A DNA stretch of 64,000 nt. Origin: an uncultured Isosphaeraceae bacterium (GTDB lineage: Bacteria; Planctomycetota; Phycisphaerae; Phycisphaerales; SM1A02). The notes below the pieces were generated by a model that ran no database searches, was not told the DNA's origin, and saw nothing but the letters and a program-made list of their open reading frames with translations. The DNA lies in contig CAZJIB010000011.1 in assembly GCA_964546085.1 (NCBI GenBank), forward strand, positions 2,313 to 66,312. Reading direction: 5' to 3'. Both the position numbers and the translations under genes were made by a program. Positions 9,622 through 18,617 of this stretch are shown here, piece after piece (position 1 is the first letter of the stretch; each line of letters starts with the position of its first letter).

Positions 9622-11091
9622 CTAGAACCACCGACTGACCAGAATGCGACCTTCCGTGAAGAACCGCACGGCGTCTTCGCCATTGGCGTGGAGCGAACCG
9701 AAGAACGACTCCTTCCAGCCACAGAACGGGAAAACCGCCATCGGCGCCGGAACGCCGACATTGATGCCGATCATGCCCGCCCCCGCCCGCTCGCGGAAGG
9801 TTGACGCGGCGTGGCCGCTGTCGGTGAACATGACTGCCATGTTTCCATATCGCGAGCGCTGCGTGAGACCAATTGCGTCGTCAAGCGTCGACGATCGCAC
9901 GATGGACAACACAGGCCCGAAGATCTCTTCGCTGGCAAGTGACATCTCCTCGGTGACATTGTCGAATACGGTCGGGCCGACAAAGCACCCGTCAAGACCG
10001 CGACCATCCAGCAGGAGATCTGCGCCTTCCGAAAGGCCGGATTCGATAGCGGCCGTCACACGCTCGGCACTCTGCATGTCGATCAGCGGTCCCATGCCGC
10101 AGCCTGGCTCGGACCCGGAAGAAACCGTGATGCCACCGGCAGCCTCGACGATGCGCGGCACAAACCAGTCCGCAGCATCACCAACAGGCACTGCAACCGA
10201 ACCGGCCAGACACCGCTGCCCGGTATTGCCAAATGCCGAACCCAGTACGCCGTCGACAGCGGCATCCTGATTGGCGTCGGGCATGATGATCATGTGGTTC
10301 TTTGCACCGGCCATGCACTGCGCCCGCTTGCCAGCGGCGGCGGAGGCGGCATAGACCTGCCGGGCAACAGCGGTCGACCCGACAAACGACACCGCTTTGA
10401 CATCGTCGTGTGCAATCAGATACTCGACGACCGGCCGTCCGCCCGCGACAAGATTGAGAACGCCCGACGGCACCCCCGCTTCATGGGCGAGTTCGATCTC
10501 GCGCAGCGCGCACATGCTGACCTTTTCCGATGGTTTCAAAATGAATGTGTTGCCGCAGGCGATCGCCATCGGCCACATCCACATCGGCACCATGATCGGA
10601 AAGTTGAACGGCGTTATTCCCAGACATACGCCAAGCGGTACGCGTTCCAACGAACTGTCGAGCGGAATATTCTCCTCTCGCTCGCGGCTGAACGAACTCG
10701 ATACTGCAATCCGTGGCAACGTTCTGCCCATGAGCAGTGTCGGCGCCGCGCAGGCAAACTCCACGCAGTCGATGCCGCGGCGGACATCGCCCCGGGCCTC
10801 CGGCAGCGTCTTGCCGTGCTCCGTAACAATCATCGCCGCCAGTTCGTCGAAGTGAGATTCCAGCAACTCTTTGTAGCGAAACAGCACCTGGCACCGCTCG
10901 CCAACCGGCGTATCACGCCAGGCCGGGAAGGCTGCTGCCGCTGCAGCAACGGCCTTCTCCGCTGCGGCCGTATCGTCAAGCGATACGCTCGCCACTACCG
11001 CCCCGCTCGCCGGGTCGATGTCGTCGCATGTCTGTTCGCCCGCAGCAGGGACGCGCAAACCGTCAATGAAATGATCGATGATCTGGCTCAT
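9622..11091 (-). CDS. mmsA: CoA-acylating (methyl)malonate-semialdehyde dehydrogenase
   Basis: Motifs FNFPIMVPMWMWPMAIACGNTFILKPSE and catalytic-Cys region GQRCLAGS, with an ALDH fold throughout. The ATG overlaps the upstream stop (ATGA). Confidence 0.85.
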   Translation of the reverse strand: MSQIIDHFIDGLRVPAAGEQTCDDIDPASGAVVASVSLDDTAAAEKAVAAAAAAFPAWRDTPVGERCQVLFRYKELLESHFDELAAMIVTEHGKTLPEARGDVRRGIDCVEFACAAPTLLMGRTLPRIAVSSSFSREREENIPLDSSLERVPLGVCLGITPFNFPIMVPMWMWPMAIACGNTFILKPSEKVSMCALREIELAHEAGVPSGVLNLVAGGRPVVEYLIAHDDVKAVSFVGSTAVARQVYAASAAAGKRAQCMAGAKNHMIIMPDANQDAAVDGVLGSAFGNTGQRCLAGSVAVPVGDAADWFVPRIVEAAGGITVSSGSEPGCGMGPLIDMQSAERVTAAIESGLSEGADLLLDGRGLDGCFVGPTVFDNVTEEMSLASEEIFGPVLSIVRSSTLDDAIGLTQRSRYGNMAVMFTDSGHAASTFRERAGAGMIGINVGVPAPMAVFPFCGWKESFFGSLHANGEDAVRFFTEGRILVSRWF

Positions 11092-13904
11092 GGTTGCGAC
11101 AGTGTATCGCTCGCAGTGGCAGTCTTCAGTGCCTCCTGAGCGAGCGTAAAGTCCGGTCGCAGACTGAGTGCCATCTGGTAACTCTCAATCGCCCCCCCGA
11201 CATCCCCAAGTGCCCTCTGTGTGTTTCCAAGGTGATACCAGGCGAGTGCGAAACGTGGAGCGATTCGCACCGCGGCCAGCAGGCTGACCTTCGAACCCTC
11301 AAGGCGACCAAAATTGAACTGCGTGTACCCAATCGCCGCGAGAATCGGTCCGCGGTTGGGTTGTAATTCGTTGGCGGCCAAGAGATGTGGCAGCGCCTCC
11401 TCGAAACGCTGCTGGCCGATGAGCATGTTCCCGTACTCGAACTGGGCGATCGCATCCTCCTCATTCAACGCAACCGCCTCGTCAAATGCGGCGATCGCCT
11501 CATCAATTTTGTCGGCCGCCTTCGCCGCCAAGGCGTACCGCAGCATCCACCCACCGCGGTGTCCGCCTTCGAACGAACCGCTGAACGCGGTGTCCCGCGG
11601 CACCGCGACACCTCGCCTGAAATATGACAACGCCTGTTCGTAGTCGCCCATCTGCGAATACAACTGCCCGAGATTGAAGAGGGATGGGGCATGGTCGGGT
11701 TCTTCGGCGAGGATGGCAGTCCACACCGCCGCTGCTTCGTCATTTCGCTTCAACATGAAGAGCGCCCAGCCACGGCTTGCGCGGGCCATGACATAGGAAG
11801 GATCCTGTTCCAGAGCGACATGCAGGTGTTGCAGCGCCGACTCGACTGTCTGGCGATTCGGCCTGCCGGTTCGCATGAGGATGTTGGCAAGGGCAATGCG
11901 CGCATCCTTGTCGTGCGAATCAATGCGGACAGCTCTTCGCAGGATTTCTTCAGCCTGTGGAATATCGCCGCGGATGAACGCGATCTGAGCCCGTGTCACG
12001 ATCAAATCGGCCAGCACACACTGGTCCTGCACACGGTCGAACCATGGATCATCGACCTGAAAGCCCATGTCAACAGCAGAGAAGTTGCCGCTGCCATCAC
12101 CACCAAGTTCGCCGCGTGCAGTCGCCAGCAACACGGCGGCACCCGGTATGCTCCTCCGCTCGAGTAGCGTGACAACCTCCTGCCAGTCACCGGCGGTGGC
12201 GGCGAGTTCCGCCCTTCCAATGATTGCGAAGTCAAGATCACCTGCGGCCTCGAATGCGGCCGACGCAGCGTCGATGTCACCCGCGCCGGCATATAACTCG
12301 CCGAGCCGGGCCTGCAGCGGTCGGTATGCACCGCCGCGTGCAGCTGCACGCTGCAGGTGTGCAAGTGCGGCAGTACTGTCACCAACCGCCAAGTCGAGCA
12401 GCCCGCGGTAGTAGGGCCAGCGTGGGTTGTCCGCCTCGGCCGCCTCCGCTTCCGCGTACGCCGCCTCGGCCAGAACCGGCAGTGCATTTGCGTGGTAGAT
12501 CATCCCCAATTCACCAGCGCTTGCCGCATCAGCGATCTTCGAGGCGACCGCGGGCGGTACACCGCGGCCAGCAACCTCTCGATCGCCGCGAAGCGGCTTC
12601 TCATGGCTCCACCGAACGATGCGCGTGATGCGATCGAATGGCGGGTACAGCGCCATGCCGCCGGCAACGATGTCGATGTGTCCATTGCCGTCCAGATCGG
12701 CAACATCACAGGTCACCAGGTGTGTTGGGTCGCTCGCCAGATCATGCGGCGTGAATGAACCGTCGGATTGCTGCTGCCACCATCGCATGCTGGAGGCGGT
12801 TGGGTCTTCCCAGAAAGCAAATTCACTGACTGTCAGGATGTCCATGTCGCCATCGCCGTCCATGTCGGCGATGGTTGGGGCGTAGGCACCGTGAAAATCA
12901 CCAATGCGGTGGAAGATAAAGTCGAGATCGCCACGGTTTTCGAGCCATTGCACGCCATGGGATGGCAGCGGCCGGTAATCGACTGAGACGAAGGCATCGC
13001 CATTGGCCCAGGCAATGTCCATATCGCCGTCGCCGTCAATGTCGCCCACATCGATACCGCTGCTGGAGTAATCCGCGTCGGCAACATCATGCAACACCGT
13101 CGGCGCAAATGCGCCAGTGCCATCGTTCACGAAGGCGTGCACTGATTCCCACTCCTGCGAAAAGAGCACGACGATGTCGAGATCGCCATCGTTGTCGATA
13201 TCGACGATCGGGCCGTGAATACCGCCAGACTTGTCCATGAGGTGATGACCCCGGAACTGCCAGTTACCCAGATTCTCCAACCACTGGACTTCGCCTCGCA
13301 AGTACCCGAACTGCGTTACCGCCAAATCGATGTCGCCATCGCCGTCGAGATCACCACCTTGGACATCGGTGACGCGGCGGACCTTGTCCAGAATCACGCG
13401 CTTCGTGAACTGTTGCTGACCGTCGTTTTCGAGAATGATGACCTTTCCGATTTCCGCATCCGATGGAAGGATGACGCCCATGGCGGCAACCAGCAGGTCG
13501 AGGTCACCATCTTCATCGATGTCGAGCGGTTCAACATGGACCGGTCCGTCGATTCGATCGCCGATCATCTGTTCGGTGAATGAGCCGTCCTCGCCTTGTC
13601 GGAGCCATGCGATGCCATGTCTTCGAACATCGGCGGCGAGGATGTCGAGGCGGCCGTCGAGGTCAAGATCGTGTATTGCCACGTGTGCGATCGTCGGGTG
13701 TGCCCCATCCTCGGCGGGCGAGCCGACGATGGCGGCAGGCACATCTCGGCGAGGCGATGCCCAGCGGCTGGGCGCGGGCGTGTCTTCCTTGCCTGATTGA
13801 CCTTGCTCGGTTTTTTTGCAGCCCGCCGCGACCAGCATGCTTATAAGGATGCCGCAGGGGACGAAAAACCGGGTTTGTGGGGTAATACCTGCGATGCTTG
13901 GCAT
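11088..13904 (-). CDS. Lipoprotein with N-terminal FG-GAP/VCBS (ASPIC-like) beta-propeller repeats and a C-terminal TPR array
   Basis: Lipobox MLVAAGC. Repeated Ca-loop motifs are DLDGDGDIDL, DIDNDGDLDIVV, DIDGDGDMDIAW, DMDGDGDMDILT and DLDGNGHIDIVAG. The C-terminal ~450 aa are TPR-like (A/L/Y-rich 34-aa periodicity). Confidence 0.75.
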   Translation of the reverse strand: MPSIAGITPQTRFFVPCGILISMLVAAGCKKTEQGQSGKEDTPAPSRWASPRRDVPAAIVGSPAEDGAHPTIAHVAIHDLDLDGRLDILAADVRRHGIAWLRQGEDGSFTEQMIGDRIDGPVHVEPLDIDEDGDLDLLVAAMGVILPSDAEIGKVIILENDGQQQFTKRVILDKVRRVTDVQGGDLDGDGDIDLAVTQFGYLRGEVQWLENLGNWQFRGHHLMDKSGGIHGPIVDIDNDGDLDIVVLFSQEWESVHAFVNDGTGAFAPTVLHDVADADYSSSGIDVGDIDGDGDMDIAWANGDAFVSVDYRPLPSHGVQWLENRGDLDFIFHRIGDFHGAYAPTIADMDGDGDMDILTVSEFAFWEDPTASSMRWWQQQSDGSFTPHDLASDPTHLVTCDVADLDGNGHIDIVAGGMALYPPFDRITRIVRWSHEKPLRGDREVAGRGVPPAVASKIADAASAGELGMIYHANALPVLAEAAYAEAEAAEADNPRWPYYRGLLDLAVGDSTAALAHLQRAAARGGAYRPLQARLGELYAGAGDIDAASAAFEAAGDLDFAIIGRAELAATAGDWQEVVTLLERRSIPGAAVLLATARGELGGDGSGNFSAVDMGFQVDDPWFDRVQDQCVLADLIVTRAQIAFIRGDIPQAEEILRRAVRIDSHDKDARIALANILMRTGRPNRQTVESALQHLHVALEQDPSYVMARASRGWALFMLKRNDEAAAVWTAILAEEPDHAPSLFNLGQLYSQMGDYEQALSYFRRGVAVPRDTAFSGSFEGGHRGGWMLRYALAAKAADKIDEAIAAFDEAVALNEEDAIAQFEYGNMLIGQQRFEEALPHLLAANELQPNRGPILAAIGYTQFNFGRLEGSKVSLLAAVRIAPRFALAWYHLGNTQRALGDVGGAIESYQMALSLRPDFTLAQEALKTATASDTLSQP

Positions 13905-14081
13905 GGTAATCGGCAGACTGCCGGGAATGCGGGTACAATCTCGTCCTTCCCCACGCTGGGGGTGTCCCGCTCACGGGGCACAATTTACTCCCGGGACCAC
14001 GGTTGCTTGGCATCGAGGTCCAGATCGGTATCGAGTCAAGCACAGGTTTTCGGGGTAGTTTCACGGTAAGGATCTTTTGGA

Positions 14082-14333
14082 ATGAAGATGTACGTAGGAA
14101 ATTTGAGTTGGGAAACGACGACTGCGGGCCTTCGGGCACACTTCGAGGGCTTTGGTGACGTCTCTGACGCCATTGTCATCACTGATCGCGACTCCGGCCG
14201 CTCACGCGGATTTGGTTTCGTGACCATGGACGACGATGAGCAGGCCAGGGCAGCCATGTCCGAGTGCGACGGCAAGGAACTTGACGGCCGCACCATCAAG
14301 GTGAACGAGGCCCAGGAGCGCCAGCGCCGCTGA
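14082..14333 (+). CDS. RRM-type RNA-binding protein
   Basis: RNP2 MYVGNL and RNP1 RGFGFVTM. The 83-aa length is typical of bacterial Rbp proteins. AAGGA lies 9 nt upstream of the ATG. Confidence 0.9.
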   Translation: MKMYVGNLSWETTTAGLRAHFEGFGDVSDAIVITDRDSGRSRGFGFVTMDDDEQARAAMSECDGKELDGRTIKVNEAQERQRR

Positions 14334-14360
14334 GTCGCATCCTTTGTCCGACCATTGAGG

Positions 14361-14390
14361 CAGCCCCGTTTACGCGGGGCTGTTTCTTTT
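14361..14390 (+). terminator. Rho-independent terminator of the RRM gene
   Basis: Stem CAGCCCCG (14361-14368) pairs with CGGGGCTG (14375-14382), followed by TTTCTTTT. Confidence 0.7.
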
Positions 14391-14431
14391 GTGTGTTTCA
14401 GCCAGATGCCGCCGCTAGGGGTGAATCTGCC

Positions 14432-16009
14432 TCAACTCCAATTCGCGATCACGATCAGGAGGTCGGAGACATCGACAGTGCCGGATTGGTCGAGGTCCTC
14501 GGGGCATGAACTGCACGGTCCCCACGCATTGATGACCGCAAGCAAGTCGGACACATCAACAACACCGCTGCCATCCACATCGCCGGGCAACACATCGTCA
14601 AGTGTCTTGAACGGATAGTCAATGACGCGAACCTCCAACGTTCCGTTGAAGTCGGATGCGGCAAACTCCTGCGAGAAGATGCCAGCCTGCGACACATTGA
14701 TGGCAATCGACGTCTCGCCCATCGCATCGCCATCACCAATCGGCTCCTGAACACCATACTTGTCGTTCCAGTCGAGTTCGAACCCACCGATATCGATCGT
14801 CAGCGATGTCTCGCCCTCTGCGAGGAAGTCGTCGTAGACCACATGATCCATCATCTGCTGATCACCGCTGCTGCCAAATTCATAGATTGGTGAAGACACG
14901 CCTTCAACGCCCCGCTCGCTCATCGAGCCAGCGATTCCCCAGAGTTCCAGCGTGCGGGGCGAATACACATCACTTTCGATCACGATTTCCGCCGGCGTCC
15001 AGTCCCACCACCAGTCGTCCGGCTCGTGAATGTCGGTCACCTGCAGCCGCGTGATAGTCGCCACGACCCGCCGCCTCTGTGTAATGAAGTTGACAATCTG
15101 GGCCATGCCCGGCCCGTGATCGGCCAACCCATAGTGATCGACATGGAACCAGGTCATCGAGTGCGATTTCCCCATGAATCGCGACTGAGGTGCCATCCAA
15201 TGAAAGTACGCGTTGTCAACGGCCTGCACACCATCATTCGCCTTGAAGTCTCCCTCGAGCAACATGATGTCCGACAAGGCGCCGTCATTTGCGGTGTCGC
15301 GGGTCGACACTTCCATGCCAACGAGGATGTCGCCGTACATCGGGCTGTCTGTTTCCGTTCGCGGCGAATGCACGTTTGCATCCACCCAGTCATAGTGCAT
15401 CTGATCGACATCGATGGGCGGCGTGCCAAACATGTCCCAGAGGCCGGAGAGCAGCCCATTACTGGCGGCCCAGTTCCCTGAGAGCACACCCTCAAGCGAA
15501 AGCCACCTCGCAACATTGCCGTCGGCAACAAGCCCATCGCAGTCGTTCTCAATGAGCCAGCGGGTGACGAAGGTACCCATGCTTGCGCTGACGAAGTTGA
15601 CCTGCTGCGCGCCGCTGCGATCCATCACATGCCGCGCGTACTTTGCCACGATCAGCGCGTAGCGAGGAATCCCACCGCCCCACTGCTTGGTCACCGCTTC
15701 GAGTTCAGCGATGTCCTGTGCGGTGTAATAACTCGGGGGCGTATCGCCGTAATAGGAAGTCGCGGTCACAACCGAGGGTTGAAGCGATTGACTGCCGTCG
15801 TTCGCTGGCAATCCGCTCATGCCGGCAACCGTGACCAGCAGCGGCTCTTCCACATCCTCGCCGAACACACCGCTCATGTCCGCGCCATCGGAATCGAACC
15901 CGTGTACGAAGATCGTGGCCGTTCGATTGGGATCATGGGTGTCGATTGTCCGGTCGGCCATCGCGGGCATGGTAAGCACACACAACACAATGCCAAGCAG
16001 TATTCGCAC
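14432..16009 (-). CDS. Secreted alpha/beta-hydrolase (lipase-like) with a C-terminal dockerin/EF-hand double tag
   Basis: GTG at 16009 is preceded by GGAG and gives the signal peptide VRILLGIVLCVLTMPAMA. Features are TIFVHGF, the nucleophile elbow VSASMGT (small-x-S-x-G) and the C-terminus GDVDGSGVVDVSDLLAVINAWGPCSSCPEDLDQSGTVDVSDLLIVIANWS. The ORF-track start at 16144 would overlap the upstream gene. Confidence 0.7.
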   Translation of the reverse strand: MRILLGIVLCVLTMPAMADRTIDTHDPNRTATIFVHGFDSDGADMSGVFGEDVEEPLLVTVAGMSGLPANDGSQSLQPSVVTATSYYGDTPPSYYTAQDIAELEAVTKQWGGGIPRYALIVAKYARHVMDRSGAQQVNFVSASMGTFVTRWLIENDCDGLVADGNVARWLSLEGVLSGNWAASNGLLSGLWDMFGTPPIDVDQMHYDWVDANVHSPRTETDSPMYGDILVGMEVSTRDTANDGALSDIMLLEGDFKANDGVQAVDNAYFHWMAPQSRFMGKSHSMTWFHVDHYGLADHGPGMAQIVNFITQRRRVVATITRLQVTDIHEPDDWWWDWTPAEIVIESDVYSPRTLELWGIAGSMSERGVEGVSSPIYEFGSSGDQQMMDHVVYDDFLAEGETSLTIDIGGFELDWNDKYGVQEPIGDGDAMGETSIAINVSQAGIFSQEFAASDFNGTLEVRVIDYPFKTLDDVLPGDVDGSGVVDVSDLLAVINAWGPCSSCPEDLDQSGTVDVSDLLIVIANWS

Positions 16010-16040
16010 AGTGATCTCCTCTCGAAGTCTCACTATAGCG

Positions 16041-18575
16041 TCAGCGGTCAATGAACAAGCCGATGCCATTGCCCTCTGGCTCCGGGTCCGGCTGCAATGC
16101 CTGTACGGAGTTGTTCTCGCGGCCCATTGAATAGATGTCCTCACCGCCGCCGAGGTCCATCAGCAGGCTGAAGGAGAACGCCTTCGTCGCATCCCAGTGA
16201 TAGGTGTTGTTGCCCGATGCGCCCTGAGCCGGTGATGTCGCCGTGTAGGTGTCATTCCCGCCGAGATCGATGAGATACGCAATGGCCTGCTGCGCAGCAG
16301 ATCCCTGCGCCATGCCGTTAGCCGTATACGAATCGTTGCCGCCCCGCTCAAGCAGCGCACCTGCAGCAATGTCCCACGCAGAACCTTGATCGGCAGCGGT
16401 CATCGCCCAGTAGGTGTCATTGCCCGCGTCGTCAACTAGTACGCCAAATGCCTGATGCACACCAAACCCCTGCGCATACCGATTGCCGTGGTAGTCATCG
16501 TTGCCATCCATGTCCCGCAGGACGCCAAGGCCGTGGTAATACGCCCCGCCCTGACTGAACTCCCCCGCCCTGTACCGATCGTCACCGCCGTTGTCGAACA
16601 GAATGCCGATGCCGCCAGAGGCGTACTTGCGATACCCGAACCCCATGCCCTGACTGAACGAGGCGTGCACATCGGGCGTGTCGTAGACGGAGGGTGTTGG
16701 ACCATCGGCGATGTACTGATCATCACCGGCTTCATCAAACAACAGCCCAAAGCCACGCGGGCCGCCGACGGCTTGTGTAAGGAAGTCGCCAAGGTACTGG
16801 TCGTTGCCGGTACCGAGATCCATGATGATGCCTGCGCCAAAGACGGCGGCGCCGATTGACCAATGTGTACCGCTGTACACATCGTTACCGCCGCGGTCGA
16901 CAATCATGCCCACGCCGAACGCGCCCGCGCCGGTTGAGAAACTCCCGCCCACTTCTCCATACCGATCATCTCCACTGCGGTCATCGATGATCCATGTGCC
17001 GAGCAGCCCGGCAGCCGGGCCTTGCTTGTCGGTGCCGGTGTATGTGTCGTTCCCGCCGAGATCGACAACCAACCTGTCACCGATGACCAGTTCATCAGCG
17101 AAGTAATGGTCGTCGCCGCCCATGTCAAAGACTTCGCCGAGAAGGGTCATGTCATAGGTGTTCGGACCATCGCCGCCAACAACCCGCCAGCCGTTTGGTC
17201 CACGCTGCCCCGCGAGGATCGGCCCCGTGACGCCAGGCGGCAGCACCTTGCCGAAGAACGGCTGCGATTCCGTGTTCGGTACAACGATGGTGGCCGCAAG
17301 GGCATTGAAATCAACCTCGATCGATCGGCTGATGACAGCGAGCATCGCCTCAAGATCGTTCTCGATATAGAAGGTGTCGCCCGGAACCCTCAGAAGCGCA
17401 AGCACCTGCTCTGCAAAGGCGCGATCAGCCACGAATGGCTTCCCTGGGAGGGGCGTCGCATCCAGCATGTCTGCTGCGAGTTGCCGCACGCTGCTTGGTT
17501 CGCAGTGCAGGACGCGGAGCCGATCGGTCATGTCGAGGGCAAGTTCGGGCAACGCGAGTGGATGTTCAAACGCCCCGACAACTCGGGAGAGTTGATGGTG
17601 GCCCGGTTCTGACTGCGGCCTGTTGCGGAGCACATCGACGGTGCGCGTAAGCGGCTCCTGTACGCTGGGGGGAAACTCACTGCGATCAACAAACGTCTCC
17701 CCGGTGGGATGCCACACGCCACGAATAGCACGCGGCATGCCGATCGTGCCGCGCGAGGCGAGGGGCGTTACGGCCGCGGCCACGGGGTCGTGGTCCGAAG
17801 CAGGCCTTCCTTCCGCGCGAGGTCTGAGGATCGAGGCGCTGTCAACAGACCACTTCTGGTTCAGAAGGATGTAGTCGATGCGAGGACCGTCAAGGTCGCC
17901 GGAGAAGCGGTGAAATGTGCCGCCGTTTTCCGTGATCGCAGGTTGAAATCCCCCCTCAGCAAAGACAACCATCGGCGAGCTTCCGGGGGTGGCGTTCAGG
18001 TCGCCCATGATGGTGGTGGGCAGATGAGGTCCGACCTCAGCAGCGGTCTTGAGCAGCAGCGCCGCGCTCTTCCGCCTGGCTTCCGCTCCGCGGTGGTCGA
18101 AGTGCGTTCCAAATACGAGAAACTGAGGACCGGATGTGCCGAAGTGCCGAAGCTTCGCCCATGTTGCGGTGCGGGCAAGTGCCGCGTCCCAGCCGACAGA
18201 GGCAACTTCATCCGGCGTATCCGAGAGCCAGATGTGTCCTTGATCAAGGATCTCCAGCCGCGAGGTGTCCACAAAGAGCCCGCTGAACTCGCCTTCGCTG
18301 CCACCGCCGCGATGCTCCCCCACCACCGCGTACCCCGGAAGAATGTCCTGCAGAAAGGCACGTTGATGCGGAAGTGCCTCCTGCACCGCGAGCACATGTG
18401 GGTGGGTGTCCAGTATTGCAGCGGAGACCATCTCCTTACGGCGATCCCAACGGTGCTCGCCGTCGGCGGGATTGTCGTAGCGGATGTTGAAGGTCATCAG
18501 GTCGATCGGCCCGGAGGCCGGGCACTCAGCGGACAGGCCAAGTAAGAGAAACATGGAAAGAAGGACTGCCCGCAT
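16041..18575 (-). CDS. Secreted endonuclease/exonuclease/phosphatase (EEP) family protein with a long C-terminal G-h-h-h-D-x-G-G-[ND]-D-x-Y repeat domain
   Basis: Signal peptide MRAVLLSMFLLLGLSAE. EEP motifs are LMTFNIRYD, LAVQEA, GDLNATP and SDHDPV. The C-terminal 350 aa carry 12 copies of the repeat. Confidence 0.75.
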   Translation of the reverse strand: MRAVLLSMFLLLGLSAECPASGPIDLMTFNIRYDNPADGEHRWDRRKEMVSAAILDTHPHVLAVQEALPHQRAFLQDILPGYAVVGEHRGGGSEGEFSGLFVDTSRLEILDQGHIWLSDTPDEVASVGWDAALARTATWAKLRHFGTSGPQFLVFGTHFDHRGAEARRKSAALLLKTAAEVGPHLPTTIMGDLNATPGSSPMVVFAEGGFQPAITENGGTFHRFSGDLDGPRIDYILLNQKWSVDSASILRPRAEGRPASDHDPVAAAVTPLASRGTIGMPRAIRGVWHPTGETFVDRSEFPPSVQEPLTRTVDVLRNRPQSEPGHHQLSRVVGAFEHPLALPELALDMTDRLRVLHCEPSSVRQLAADMLDATPLPGKPFVADRAFAEQVLALLRVPGDTFYIENDLEAMLAVISRSIEVDFNALAATIVVPNTESQPFFGKVLPPGVTGPILAGQRGPNGWRVVGGDGPNTYDMTLLGEVFDMGGDDHYFADELVIGDRLVVDLGGNDTYTGTDKQGPAAGLLGTWIIDDRSGDDRYGEVGGSFSTGAGAFGVGMIVDRGGNDVYSGTHWSIGAAVFGAGIIMDLGTGNDQYLGDFLTQAVGGPRGFGLLFDEAGDDQYIADGPTPSVYDTPDVHASFSQGMGFGYRKYASGGIGILFDNGGDDRYRAGEFSQGGAYYHGLGVLRDMDGNDDYHGNRYAQGFGVHQAFGVLVDDAGNDTYWAMTAADQGSAWDIAAGALLERGGNDSYTANGMAQGSAAQQAIAYLIDLGGNDTYTATSPAQGASGNNTYHWDATKAFSFSLLMDLGGGEDIYSMGRENNSVQALQPDPEPEGNGIGLFIDR

Positions 18576-18617
18576 GGCGTGACACAGTAGCGAAAAAGCG
18601 TCCAGACCCTCTTTTCG

